Shown here one piece after another: positions 24,734-38,355 of a DNA stretch of 64,000 bases (within the stretch, counting starts at the first letter, position 1; every line of letters starts with the position of its first letter). The notes under the pieces were generated by a model. The model was not told the DNA's origin. It did not search any database and was given only the letters and a program-made list of their open reading frames with translations. The DNA lies in contig OX597814.1 in assembly GCA_951406725.2 (NCBI GenBank), positions 90,210,001 through 90,274,000 on the forward strand, in the 5' to 3' direction. The stretch is from Octopus vulgaris (taxonomy: Eukaryota). A program made the translations under genes and the position numbers.

Positions 24734-27216
24734 TTGAATAAGCTTGTCTTCATTTTGTTTTCTATTTCCTTAAACTATAAAGTATATTATATATGTTAAA
24801 CATATTAAGAGGAAGGAAATAAGCAATGCCTTCTAAGTCCAGTTCAGTTATATTCAAAAGCGTAGTTTTTGTTAAATTGCAGGATTTCAAAATAATGTTT
24901 TTATAATTAGTTGCTTGTATTTAACATATTATTTTCAAATATGCTAACTTATAGCATAGAATTTCCATGGACGCTACCAGTAATGTTAAATCTGGCTTGA
25001 AATTCTTATGTTACTGTTGAATTCCAACTTTGTAAGATCATTAGTTTTTGGCATAGTCTAGTCCCATACTATCACATTCTGAATAGACATCATCATTGAA
25101 TTAACATGCAATCTTCAATATCTCTGACTATAATATAATCATTATTCTGTCGTGCTTTCATACCTATAATATTTTGCTATATATTTTGAAATGTGCATAT
25201 TATACACCTCGCCTGTGAGATGCATAATGAGTGATTGGGTGGGCAGTTTTCATGCGATCTTCTCTCAAACAATGCGAGAGTCCAATGTAGCTTAAGGAAC
25301 GTCAAAGAAGGAAGGGTCTACAAATTCAAAAGATTTCGATAATAGTGAGTCTCAAAGATCAGCACCCAACTGAAGGTATTAGAATAAAAGAATTTATGAC
25401 TAGCAGCAATCTCAACAGAGAAACGATGCGTCTGGTAAGATAAGCAGATAACAAGTTTAAGGTCTTGACAGGAGCCACCAGACCAGAAAGTTAATAAGAA
25501 CTGTGATCATAGAAGAACTTATAGAAAAGACACAACAAATCGACGGTCAGTCAGAATCTACCATCTAGTTGAAAAATGAGGAGCTAAAGAACCCAATCTA
25601 GCAGAAGTAAGCGGAGCAGAAATGTTACCAACATGATTCAGAATTTGATCAAACGAGGTGGTAATCTAAATATGGCAGCAATTGTCTGTGCACAGTTGAA
25701 TGGTGGCCTTATAAAGATACATGATACTTTCAAGTCTATGAAATTTGCGACTACGGTAAGGAGATTAACCTTCTTGTTATCCGATATCACAATAGACTGA
25801 ATATATACGTTCCAAGCAGTCGGATACATTATTTTTCGGTAAGATGAACCCCTCGATAGCAATATACGGAAGGAATGGCTATCTATAATGATTATTTCAT
25901 AAAAGCTTCATCTTTCCAGCATTAAACTTCATCAGCCAGCCCATTACCCACCTCCATGACCGAGCGAAGATCATCCTCAAAAAGCCATCTTGCTCAAAGC
26001 TATCAATTTTGTCATGGCAGGAGTAAACAGGGTGTCATTCGTATACATGGCGAGTTTAAAAATAATATAATCAGGAATGTCATTAAGAAAAAAGAGGAAA
26101 TTAGTATTATCAAGTTCAGAAACTCGAGGGATTCATAGAGGCCTTAAATGAGTAAGAATTGTGTTAATTATTGTTAAATAAGTAAATAAGATAGGCAATG
26201 AATCACTTAAGGAAAATGGATACAAGCAACATTCTAAGAGTATAGCCATACATTAGTTGTAGATTGTGGATCATCCGTTGTAACACAGCAGTAATTCAGG
26301 ATGAAAACAACGCCAGCTGAAGATTATAAAGAAGCCCTGCCATATCGCATGAATGTCAAATTCTATTAATTATAATCAATACTGACGCCGTTCAGAGAAC
26401 ACTATGATTCACATGCAGAACATGAAACAAATAAGCATTTCGCCAGACAGAACAGTATAAAGTACATATGACATTTTCAACAATATATTGAAATAGAATG
26501 ATTCAAACCAGGCAAACAAATATGAAAAACACACTGCAGTCAATGGAGGTGTGTTGATTGTTCTGGTTAGTGTAGTGTTGGATGTATGTTAGTGATTTTT
26601 TGCTTGAAGCGTCATTTTAGAAACTATGTTAAATAAAAACAAAAGCTTGCAGAGAGTGGAAGTTCTAATCAATCTAAATCAACAAGGAAAAGCAAATACA
26701 AAATATTAAGGAGTTTCTATTTCCAGTGTATATTTCATTTATATATTGTTTTCCTTGTATATCAATTTTGTATTGCTACTAAATGCAGATTAGTCTTTCT
26801 CCTTGTATAAGTGTGAGTTGTTGTTGGCTTAATTCTTTTAAGTAAGGTGTGCAATTACTTGCTTAATTCAAGTATATTTTTTGGAAACGGTTCGTGCTTT
26901 TTCTTTGATTATTTTCCTCCAAAAGTTACTTCATGATTTTAGCCTATAGAATATTAAACGGTAAGGACGTTCTAAGTATGCAAGGAATCATATATTATGT
27001 TTTCCTATCACGCAAAAATGTAACTTATTGTTGAAAAAGCAATTATTTCACCATATTTCATTTCGTGGATTATTTACATTGGGATGGAAGAACAATTATC
27101 CCGCAATTCAAAATGGCAACACGCATCGCAAGAGCCAAATTATATTATGGCAGTGCAAGTCACACTACAGTGGGAACGATAATTCTGTGAAAGATAGCAA
27201 TAAAGATATGACAACT

Positions 27217-27217
27217 G

Positions 27218-27265
<48 letters not shown>
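27217..27265. repeat. (CTA)n trinucleotide microsatellite
   Basis: Directly visible. Confidence 0.95.
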
Positions 27266-27267
<2 letters not shown>

Positions 27268-27658
27268 ATAAGTATAGGCATAAGGCTGGAAATTTCGCAG
27301 GAGGTAAGTTTTACCCGTAGGAGACGGGTGATTAGCTTTTGAATATATTTGATGGAAGACTAACATCCCGATCAATGAGCTTTAAAATTTTGGCAAGATT
27401 GCCAAAACTTTATTTTATCAAGAACTTTGATGTATCTTACGTCAGCGGTGCGTTGCGATACAGAATCTATGTGTCTACCATATCTGAGAATATTTGCCTG
27501 GGTTTCTGCTTGAACTCTTATAATACAATTTTAAATTTGAAATCCACACAATCTAATAGATGGCACTAATATCGGATTCAAATTTTGGCTGAAGTCCAGC
27601 AATTTAGCGGGTGAAGCTAAATCAATCACATCATCTTCTCAGAAACAAGTTCATTCAC

Positions 27659-27795
27659 ATTCTTTTATTCTGATATTTGTTTCAGCCATTTGACTGCCGC
27701 CGTGCAGTCGACCTCTGAACTTATTTTGTGTAAGCCTAGTACTTTTTTGCGGAACCGCTAAGTTACGGGGATGTAAACACACCAACATATACATA

Positions 27796-27859
<64 letters not shown>

Positions 27860-28020
27860 CGGGCTTGTATCAATTTTCATCTACCAAATTCAATCACAAG
27901 GCTTTGGTCGGCCCGAAGCCCTAGGTTATGGTAGAAGACACTCGCCCAAAGTGTCACGCAGTGGGTCTGAACCCCGGACTATGGGATTGGTAAGCAAACT
28001 ACTTACCACACAGCCACTCC
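27659..28020 (-). mobile_element. Near full-length octopus tRNA-derived SINE with an internal (TA)n tract (OK/OR-type)
   Basis: Minus-strand head GGAGTGGCTGTGTGGTAAG...GGGTTCAGACCC, then an internal microsatellite, then a tail GCAGTCAAATGGCTGAAAC. Confidence 0.85.
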
Positions 28021-28579
28021 CATAACGGTTTTGTAATATTTAATTTTTAGTATGTAAATCGACGACTGTGTGATTTGTTCTCAGACATAAGTGAATTATA
28101 AAAATCAATGAGCTAAGAAATTTTTTTTATGCCATAATCTGTTAATTGTTGCAGAAAAGCATGTAGATTTCATTCATTTACCCTAGATACTAGTATAAAC
28201 AAGTTAGGAGAGTATTGTAGTTCGCTTGAAGCATTGTGTATTGTTTGTAAAGTATAAAAAAGATTTGAATGGTTCAACAATGCACTATATTATAAAGAAT
28301 GGACTATATAACTGTTGTAATTTAGTTATCGATAGTCCCATGATATTTCGGAATAAAATTCCTGCGTCAGATATTCTTAGATGGAGTCGCTGCCATAATC
28401 GGTTTTCCAACGGCTTTTCTATTTTCGGAAGCGTCTCAGCAATGGTTTCACGAAGCTCCTTTCGGAATTCCTCATGAGAAGTGCGTGAGGTGGGTTATGT
28501 CTCAATCTCGTGAGCGTTGGTACATCTGTAGCGCTGCTTCAAAATTATGTATTATACGTACGTGCAGCTTCTTTCCCCT

Positions 28580-28620
28580 CTTCATCTGAAGAAGGAATTT
28601 TATTCCGAAATATCATAGGA
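28580..28620 (+). ncRNA. Minimal hammerhead relic
   Basis: CTTCAT-CTGAAGA-A-GGAAT-TTT-ATTCC-GAAA-TA-TC-ATAGGA. GAAATATC is compatible with CpG decay of GAAACGTC. Stem I is imperfect. Confidence 0.55.
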
Positions 28621-29154
28621 TTATGGATAACTAAATTAGAACAGGTATATAGTCCATTTTTTGTATTATAGTGCATTGTGGTAACATTAAGAACTTTTTA
28701 TTCTTTATAAGCAAGTTAATTTCAGGCGGTTACGCGATGACCATTTGTGATATTTTTGAAAAATCGTCCCATCTGGGATACAGTAAGAAAAAAAACTTTT
28801 AGATATAATATTGTGTACGTCTCTGTGTGCTTGCTGAGTGCACTATAAACATTGTAAGAGCACGAATCCCCCAAAAATCTTTTTGAGAAAATGTGCTAAT
28901 ATGAAAACCAGCTACTGTTGGGCGAATAGTACCGAGTAGAAGCAACAACTTTAGTTGTTTGGGAATTTTCGCACGATTCGGAGTAATTTTTCAAGATGTC
29001 ACTGATATATTTGGTGCATTGTTTTTGACATGCTGGGTAACGGTTTCCATTTGCTCTCCATACGGCAATAGATATTTGAAAAATATTTAAACACAATTTC
29101 GTGTTTCTCCTATGTAGGTTTGCACACACACGTACATATATACATACACACACG

Positions 29155-29244
<90 letters not shown>

Positions 29245-29247
<3 letters not shown>

Positions 29248-29542
29248 TCAGGAAGAATTCCGACCAGTGTTTCATGGTTCACTCTCTCAACAGCTCCTTC
29301 AGAGGGTCCACTGGCTGAGAACATCATCAGAAGGAACCACGTCTGGATTTGACCCCTATTCCTCAACCTTTTTTGACGTGACGGGGCCGCTCCTTTCGGA
29401 GGTGTCTTCTGCTCTGGTGTTGAGTGCATTTTTTTCTTTTCTTCTTTGGCCTTTTGTTCTATGGTTTCTTCAATGCAGAGTCAATGAATGTCAGCGGGTG
29501 AATGACCACCCTGCCATGACCTACAACTTGTTAACTATTACA
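29245..29542 (-). mobile_element. PLE-type fragment between microsatellites with a hammerhead at 29258-29336
   Basis: Minus strand: TTCCTT-CTGATGA-TGTTCTCAGC...GTTGAGAG..CAT-GAAA-CACTGG-TC-GGAA. Confidence 0.55.
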
Positions 29543-30989
29543 TATGTATATATATATATATATGTTAGTTTGTGTGTAAATGTGTTTACGTATTTATTTA
29601 TTTGTATATATGTATGCATGAGGAGAGAAAGAGGGGGAGAGGGAGGGGAGAGAGGGAGGGGAGAGAGGGAGAGAGAGAGTGAGGGAAGCAAACAAGCAGA
29701 ATATAATCATCAAAAATTTAAGAACAACGTTTTATTCCTCATCATATAGTGCTAATTTTAGAACCTGCAAATTGTTGGTTCACAATGTGCCAAAGTAAAT
29801 TTAGCCTTACCTTCGTCAGAGATCGATTTACAAATCTATGAATGCCGCTAAAGTGTAGATTGATTGAATCTAATGCGCATTTTCATATCAAAATTTGGCC
29901 ACTTGCCTAATGACAACCGTTAATTTTGGTGCGTGTTTATCCATTTTCATCGATTAGATTCACATATTGATATAGTTAAACATCAAAAGAGCCGGAGTCA
30001 ACAGTGCACACGTTCCTATAATTATTATCTATCCGTTACATTCAAAATATTTATCGTTTATTGCAAAATATAAATGGTTTGTTTGTTTAAGCATAACTCA
30101 GATCATACTAGGATGGCTGATGCTTTGTACTAACATGAAATAAATATTATAAATAATACAAGACCCTGAAACTTTATTCTTCATTCTAATGTTAATTTAG
30201 ATGCATTCCCATGATTTTCACGGCTTATTGATTTACCAGCTAGATACTGCCAAAGTACGTTTACTAATTTTCCACTCAACAAGTTACAATTAGCTTCTCT
30301 CACACTTGAAATGTTTTGTCTATTCTAGCAGAACCTACATCATGTTAACTATTTCGTCGTCTTGTCATATTTTACGTTATTTTCTTTCTAGATAAATCTG
30401 AATGAACTGCATACAAGAAAGGTGTCAGAGATCACTGGTCAATCACAATAAGAGATTTTCTAGGTTACACTTAAGAACAATTCATTTGATGCTGCCGTAC
30501 GGGACTATTTATTTGTAATATCTTTATTTCTTTATCTTTATGATAAGTAATAATCAACATATGCTAGGGTTCTTTTTTAATGCGGTTAATGCACACAGTA
30601 AGGACTTTAGAAGTGTTAAATGAAAATACTATAACAATCTTAAATGTTAAAAAGTTGTGAAAGGAAAACATGCTCAGTGTAAAGATAAAACGTACTGCCA
30701 GCATATAGTCAAATACATATTTTCCGTCTCATTGGTCTCCCTCATGGACGGCAGCCATTCTGGGGAACTATTATCACATCATTTTTTATATCTCAGCTCT
30801 CGTATATTCATTTCTTTTTAGCAGAACTACAATATAACAAGGAAGTACGCAACCTAGTACCGTTTTTGAAACTATGTTACAAATACACAAGTTTCCGATG
30901 GATATTAAGTGTACATACCAGCTAGTGGAGAAGTATTGAGAGCTGGAGCTACTCTCTCGCTTCGGTAGGGAATATATCTCCCGATGCAG

Positions 30990-31560
30990 AGTATAGTTTT
31001 CGAGGATAATTTTGGTCCTGTATGTAAACATTAGTTTAGCGAATGCGTGTAGATGAGTAGTTTATGCTCTTGAAAGAGATATATATCCGTATTTCTTCAG
31101 GCGTCTGAAGAGTTACTTCGGAATGCGCCACTCTTTGCAGTTACTAAGCTATCAGAACGCCACCTTAGATGAATGTCTTGATTGGATAGGGTCACTTGAA
31201 AGAAGAATTCTGTGTAAAAATCTGGATTTCCCAAATCTACAATTTTTTTGTCAACATAGAGTAATTATTCGGCTAGTAGAATATGAACAGATTAGGTTGT
31301 TCACAAATTCAAATTGTCTCAGAACAGACCACAAATTTGTAATGTGTACTGTCAACATACACCGACAGAGTAGGCAGAGACCCTGCTTCTGGTAATCCAA
31401 GCTTTGTGAGCCCAAATGAGCAAATTAAGAGGGTATTATCGGTAGCCTGAAAAGTGCGATTACAATAGAATCAATAAAATTTAGTAAAGTTGTAGCGATG
31501 AAGGAAACTTGGAAGAAACGGATAGAAACATAGAAACACTACATCCCTGAGGCGAAAATT
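30990..31560 (+). mobile_element. Decayed Tx1/L1-clade LINE AP-endonuclease fragment
   Basis: NATLDECLDWIG (GDxNxxLDxxLD-like) and TDHKFV...RQRPCFW (SDH...GxGxW-like) in ORF 31123-31395. Confidence 0.55.
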
Positions 31561-31567
31561 AGAAACA

Positions 31568-31570
<3 letters not shown>

Positions 31571-31618
<48 letters not shown>

Positions 31619-31696
31619 GCAACAACAACAACAACAACAACAACAGCAATAATAATAATGATATAATAATAAAAATAATAATAATAATAGTAGTAG
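31571..31696. repeat. Compound triplet array (CAG)n(CAA)n(TAA)n(TAG)n
   Basis: Directly visible. Confidence 0.95.
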
Positions 31697-31699
31697 ACA

Positions 31700-32120
31700 A
31701 GACGAAGAGCACGATGCGATCGTGCTGGATGTTCTATTGGTTGAACGATATTTAGAGAGTAAGACTATCTTTGTCAAGTTTAAAATAAAAACTGATGAAA
31801 ATTCAAATTTTATAGCCGGCGAAAAGAAAAAGACAGAAAAAAAACGATAAAAAAGGAAAGGAATAGAAAGAAGAATATTCAATCAAACAGTTTTGTGTAA
31901 ATTTGATAATATTCTGTCATTTTATTCATTCCTTCAGGGTGTGGTGTTAATAATCCGTAAACATTTCTCCTCATGCATTTGGAGTTTAGAAAGAGAAGCA
32001 GATTCAGAATATTTTCTGAGAATATGCTCTTTCAAGTTCTTTTCAAAATTGCAGTCATTTGAAACAAAGTTGTTCGGCAAATTCTGTCTAACTATTGCTA
32101 TTGTGTCTGATGTCATCAGA
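31700..32120 (-). mobile_element. PLE GIY-YIG endonuclease C-terminal relic plus 3' region
   Basis: HILRKYSES...LQMHEEKCLRIINT followed, after a frameshift, by HPEGMNK. This resembles the E...I..L.T..P.G(L/M)N end of PLE proteins. Confidence 0.55.
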
Positions 32121-32718
32121 CTTTAAACCCTAGCATATGTTTCTTCTTTAAACCCTAGCATATGTTGATTATTACTTACCATAAAGATAAAGAAATAAAG
32201 ATATTACAAATAAATAGTCCCGTACGGCAGCATCAAATGAATTGTTCTTAAGTGTAACCTAGAAAATCTCTTATTGTGATTGACCAGTGATCTCTGACAC
32301 CTTTCTTGTATGCAGTTCATTCAGATTTATCTAGAAAGAAAATAACATAAATACCAGTAAATCATTTGTTTAATTGCTCTGTTGTACAACCAACATAAAT
32401 CAAGTTGTGTTTCGTGCATTCTGCCGCCTACAGCAAATGGGAAATTCTACGTGTCCCATCTTCTGTATAAATCATATTATTTCTGTTATGATTCCTGATA
32501 GAATTCACTTGACATATGTTGTTGCACAATGAACAGGGCTTACGTCTCTTGCGGTCATTTTTTCAATGTACAATGTGCAGATGCTCCAATGTTATTTTTG
32601 CTGTCGTCAGTCAGCATCAGGTTTTAAACATTCATCTGAGGGTTCATCAAGAGGATTATGCTGTTTGATGTGATGTGCTGTGCCTGTTGATGGGTCGGCT
32701 ATCATCAGTCAAGATGAA

Positions 32719-32768
<50 letters not shown>

Positions 32769-32849
32769 ATATAATACACATATATATATTTACATAAATA
32801 TAAATGTATGGATATATATATAAATATATATAAATATGCATATATTTTT

Positions 32850-33070
32850 TGGTGTTTTTGTCTTTGTGTCTGTGTTTGTCACCCCACCATCGCCTGACAA
32901 CCGATGCTGGTGTGCTTACTTTCTCGTAACCTAGCGGTTAAGCAAAAGAGGTCGATAGAACAAGTACTAGGCTTACAAAGAATAAGTCCTGGGGCCAATT
33001 TCTTCGACTGAAAACCCTTTAGGGTTGTGGTCCAGCATGGCCGTAGTCAAATGACTGAAACATTAAAAAA
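32850..33070 (+). mobile_element. 3' half of an OK/OR-type octopus SINE
   Basis: TTTGTCACCCCACCATCGCCTGACAACCGATGCTGG...TCCAGCATGGCCGTAGTCAAATGACTGAAAC followed by an A-tail. Homologous to 27659-27790. Confidence 0.85.
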
Positions 33071-33601
33071 AATAATGGAATATATTGAGAGAGATAAAGA
33101 AAGAGAGAAAGCGGGAGTTCATTGTATGATTTTATGAACACATAGATGAAAAGAGTATGTATTCAATTTTAGAACATTTCTACATTTATTCATATAGTTT
33201 CAAAGGGAAAACAGCATTTCATATTTCAAATGTAATGAAAAATATTACGTGCTTCTCTGAGATTTACTTCATGTATGAAATATTTATGTAATATTTTCAA
33301 AATTACTGATCTATGTGTTTTATATTTAAACAAACATTAGTTTATTTATCATTTGGAATATTTCTGCAAGACTAATCAGTAATCTAGTTATAGTCATAAC
33401 TGTATGATATACCTGCGAGTAGTTTTATTTATATTGTGCAAAGCGCAGAGAATATAGATTTTTATATCAGTGAGTGCATATAATCAATGAAAGCGAAATA
33501 TTTGTGTGTGGGAGTGAGTATGTATGAATTTATATGTACTTATATATGCATATGTATATGTATGTATACACACATGCACTCACACATACATACCCACGCA
33601 C

Positions 33602-33634
<33 letters not shown>

Positions 33635-35152
33635 TGTATGTATGTATGTATGTATGTATGTATGTATGCATGTATGTCTATGTGTGTATGTGTGTACTAC
33701 TTGACTTTGGATAATTCTTGTTAGTCTTAGTCAAGTAGAAATGATGAATGGAGCTCCGTTAGAGTGGGGGAATGACCACATAGAATTTCGCAAGCTGTCT
33801 CAAAATTGTTATTGCTTATACACACATCCACCATTCCTCGTGCATATCTGCAAACGAAAGCGTTCCAGCCACGGTTACCTCGTCGCAAGTTTGAGACAGT
33901 TTAGTTCAATTAGAAATAAGTACTGCTTGTTTCCATTTCTGTTTTTAGACGGTAGCGTTCGATTAAATAAATTTTTGGCTGCTACTTCTAGCAAACTGCT
34001 TCGATATTTTGTTGCTCCCTTACGTTTTATAATGGTAAAAAAAAAAATAGAAACAGAGAAGAAATTCGAGAGATGCTCTTAAATGTCACCTCGTTCGGTG
34101 ATTCACTATCCTGAGATTGATTTTGCTGTTTATATCCATGGAATAATAAAACGAGAACCAGTTGGTGGGTTCATTCCTCTGTATTGATTTTCTTTGACAA
34201 AAACAAAACAAAAAAAACAAACAATCAAAATCAACACAAGGAAAAACTAACAAAAACTGGCTCTCTTCCTAAGGAAAATAAATCATTGCTTCTTTTCATT
34301 GAGTTCCTAACAAAATGCCCTTACAATATTCATTTTCGACTTTAGACACTCGCAATTCAATGGGCTCATTAAAATCTGTTACAGTAATATCTTTCAGCTA
34401 AACCTGCTTGATTATATTATAGGAACAGCAAAAAAGGTCATTGTTATTCCTCTTGAGTGGAAGACCTCGGTATTCTAGTTTAAAAAAAAACATATATAGT
34501 TTCAATAAAATACTTAATAGGAAAATATTAAGCAGTGGAAAATGATTTAAACCGATTAATGCCAACTGTTGAGTGAATTTATATTGAATAACCGTTCAAT
34601 GGCAACTATTTATAGAGAATTGCCGTCATTGTATTTTGAGATAACATTTTTTATTTGTTCTTAGCCTCACTCTTTCGAAACCTTTCATATTTGTTGTTAT
34701 ATCTTAATTTTTCTTCTTTAACCTTTCTCTCTTATTATACAAAGTTACAAGAGAAATGTTAGAGACAAAGAGTGATTGTATTATGCAGAGAAAGATAATC
34801 TGTCAATAGTAGGGCGGGGGGCAGTTGAAAGGCAAACTGACTGAGAGTATTAGAGGAAGGAAGGAAAGAAAGAGTAATACCGTGTGGGAGGGGGAGAGTG
34901 AAAAATTGGGAGTGTAATGTATTTATAGACAGTTAAGAAACAGGAGGTAAGTGGAAGAGAGTTTAGTTTTGGAGTGGAAGTGTATAAGGTTAGCACGAAG
35001 TAATGGAGAAAAATAGCAAAAAGGTTGAGTGATGGATGAAGAATTGCGATAAAAAATCCTTGACAAACGTTAAGTCAGAGATAAAAAATTAAAATTGATA
35101 CGATGTCTACTTACTAAAGTGCACAGCGTTACAGAATATAGGGTTAGATCTG

Positions 35153-35310
<158 letters not shown>

Positions 35311-35362
35311 ACGCATATATATATATACGCATATATATATACACAAAACTATATGTTTTTAT

Positions 35363-35393
<31 letters not shown>

Positions 35394-35479
35394 CATCATA
35401 TATATATAGATATATATGTACATGTATATATGTTTGTATATAGATATGTATGTTTACACCAACATATATATATACTGTG

Positions 35480-35519
<40 letters not shown>

Positions 35520-36149
35520 CATACACGTAAACGCACGCATACAAACACACTCATATGTATGATGTATGCATGTATTTATGTATATATGTATGCGTGCATT
35601 TATGTATGTATGTGTGAATGAATGTATGTATGTATGTATGTAAATGTCTTCTTCACCTTTTGTTTCCATTCACTATATATCTCCTACTACTGAATTTTCA
35701 ACAATCCCCTTTCTAACCTCCGTTTTCCTCTCACTCTTTCTCTCTCTTCCTCCTCTCTCTTATCATTTAGTATATTACCATTACATTTTCCCATACTCTC
35801 TTATAGATATATTGTGTTGCTCTAGCTTTTCAAACTTACTCTTTACTCGCACGCTTTCTTTCTTTCACGATTCTTCCTACTTATCTCAACCTTCTCTTAG
35901 TTTTCTTTACTTTCTTACTGGTACTTTTACTACCTTGCAACATACACTGTGTTACCAGATGATTATCTGGAAGTAAAATACAATAAGTTATGTACAACAT
36001 ACAATATAATTGTTGCCTAGCTCCTTGTTAGCGTCGATCGTAAAACCTATATAAAAGAACCATTCTTGTTTCGAAACTGCTAGTCGTTTTTAATTTTAAG
36101 ATGGTAGGATGTATCTTTGAGCGAAATATGACTGTTTTCTCCAAAGTGA

Positions 36150-36850
36150 ATTGGGCCTTAGACTCAATTAAGATGGCTATGTGAAGCTACTGGAGACAGT
36201 GATCAAAACTTGACTGGAGAGGGTTGCTGGTGGCAGGCAATGTGTGTAGTAGCAGGATTCGGCTCCGTTCCATGATTCGAGAAAGTGAGAGAAGAGGTTG
36301 CCGGAAAATTTCTACGTCTTCATCACCCGTGGAGGCACATGGCCTAGTGGTTAGAGCAGCAGACTCGCGGTCTAATCTCAGACCGGGCGATGTGTGTGTT
36401 TAGGAGCGAAATACCTAAGCTCCACGCGGCTCCGGCAGAAGGTAATGGTGAACCTCTGCTGACTCTTTCGCCTCAACTTTCTATCACTCTTTCCACCGTC
36501 CAGGTGGGGGAACATATACGCCAAAGAAACCGGGAAACCGGCCCTTATGAGCCAGGCGTGGCTCGAGAAGGAACAACAGACAACTTCATCACCCCTAGGT
36601 TTTGGCATTCTATTTCACACTCAATTGTAATAACATAGATTACTATATGTGGGGTGCTGTTGAGAAATGCAGTAATTGCTCTACTTGCAATACCAAGGCC
36701 GCACTTTTGGTCGAAAATGTCAGGAACGCAATCAAGATCACATGTGCCAGATTCTGGAACTGTTTTCAGGCCGTGATGGAAGATAAAAGCGGCTAATGTG
36801 AGCAAACTGTTATTTCCCGGGCATAATCGTTTTGATTTCTTAAATAATTT
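36150..36850 (+). mobile_element. Decayed Tc1/mariner-superfamily (maT/DD37D-like) transposase 3' part, interrupted by a SINE
   Basis: QDSAPFH upstream of the SINE. DYYMWGAVEK..CNTKAAL..CARFWNCFQAVMEDKSG downstream. Confidence 0.65.
36329..36583 (+). mobile_element. tRNA-derived SINE with an 11-bp TSD, nested in the transposase relic
   Basis: A box TGGCCTAGTGG, B-box region partly deleted, and an (AAC)-type tail. TSD CTTCATCACCC at 36318-36328 and 36584-36594. Confidence 0.85.
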
Positions 36851-36934
36851 TATTATGTTGGGATTGGATATTGCGTATTCTTTTTCCATTTAAACAAAGG
36901 TCAAATCTAGATGGAACTCGCTGTACAAACACAC

Positions 36935-37655
36935 ACTAGTAATGTATCCCGGCGTTGCCCGGGTGTTATAGCATACAATCATATAACTTTATTTGTTCCT
37001 TTCTTATTGGCAGAATCAGTACAGCTGATATATAAGGAATTGGATTACTGGCGTAATGGAAGTTATTGTTTGCTTAAAACTGGAGGGGAAGGATACAATT
37101 TGTATGGGTTTGCATGAAAGTGCTTTCTGTTATTAAAAAGGATCACAAACTATTTATTGTTTCATCGTATTAAAGGGAGTTAATACGATTTAGCTATGAA
37201 ATCACGTTGTTTTAAGTCTTAGTTTCCCTCCCGTCCCTACCGCAATTTCTTAATTTGTAACAGTTTACAATTATTTTTTATCCATGTAGAAATATACAGA
37301 GATTATGAATCTGGGAAATATATTTTTTTGTTAAGTTTTAATTTTCCTTAAAGAAACACTCACTGTCCCTTCACCCACCTTGCATACCCATCAGCTACCC
37401 GCTTTATAAAAGCTAACAACACACAATGTTTCACTTTCGTTTGATGTTTGACGCATGCGTAGAATTGTACTGAAATAGTTGACGTAAAAAATATTAGAAC
37501 ACCACCAGAAAACCTGACATGCTAGAAGCAACGAATAAACGACATTATTTCTGAAGAATCTTACCCGCTTGCCAAAAAGTTAAAAGTGAATCATTGAGAG
37601 TTTGTGGCTTTTTGAAAGTGGGTAGGTGATGGGGTGGATATTTTAGTATAATATT
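36935..37655 (+). mobile_element. Possible non-autonomous Helitron/Helentron-type element
   Basis: Starts ACTAG...CCCGGCGTTGCCCGGG, a terminal GC-rich stem-loop typical of these families. The 3' end near TTTTAGTATATA is uncertain. Confidence 0.4.
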
Positions 37656-38175
37656 TAAGAAAGAAGAAAATTATCAAAAATTCGAACTCACCGTTTTTTC
37701 TCCGTGGATTACCAAGAATAAATATTCGAAAAAACTAAGTAATGAAGAAATTGGGATGGGAATGGAGAAAATTAATATATTGAGAACGTGTTTTGGGGCG
37801 AAATCCTAATCTTATTAAAAACCTAGGAATTGGAAGAAATTTAGGAAAAAATAATCAGCGGGGTATAGGGGTAGATGTCAGCTTGAGCATGCTAGAAACA
37901 GCAGGTAAAGGACAGGTTTTTGAATACATTCATCACAAACACGTATTACAGAATAGAAAAAGGTGATTTCAGTTAGATTTGAGCAGTAATTTTGCGTGTG
38001 CACATAGCTAGAAATGAGATACAGAAGTTTTACCTGGAGTATTTGTATGCGTGTGCGCATGTGTGCATGTGCGTGTGCGTGCGTGTGGAAATTATTTTAT
38101 GACATTCTTTCGCTTGAAGTAAGAAAGTGGTCGACTCAATCATGTGGTCGATCATATTTTTTTACTCCTTTATAT

Positions 38176-38324
38176 TTTGAAGAGAGCAGAAATTGAAAGA
38201 GAAGAGAAAGTGAAAACTGACATTTGCTTTGAAGTGAAAACAGAAAGTTAAAAAGCGGAGAAAGATGTATGTACGTATATATGAAATGGACGTGTGTTTT
38301 TGTCTCCTTTTTGCGTATGTGCGT

Positions 38325-38355
<31 letters not shown>

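Larger units (their letters stand above)
30376..32346. repeat. 196-bp near-perfect inverted repeat (30376-30571 / 32151-32346) with a 1.58 kb spacer
   Basis: The arms are reverse complements with one mismatch seen. A 21-bp direct duplication CTTTAAACCCTAGCATATGTT lies at the inner edge of the right arm. Confidence 0.92.

Noticed and set aside
25250-26450. Purine-rich stretch suggestive of an old LINE
   Set aside because: No diagnostic motif could be read with confidence.
31788-31835. Plus-strand CTGATGA...GAAA
   Set aside because: No stem II, no stem I and no NUH triplet. It is also antisense to the adjacent PLE relic.
31559-31882. Poly-Cys or poly-Gln ORF over the CAG/CAA array
   Set aside because: It is a triplet microsatellite grading into TAA/TAG repeats, with no splice or coding context.
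32640-32722. Minus-strand CTGATGA beside a (TA)n tract
   Set aside because: No GAAA or cleavage triplet downstream. It may be a relic but cannot be supported.
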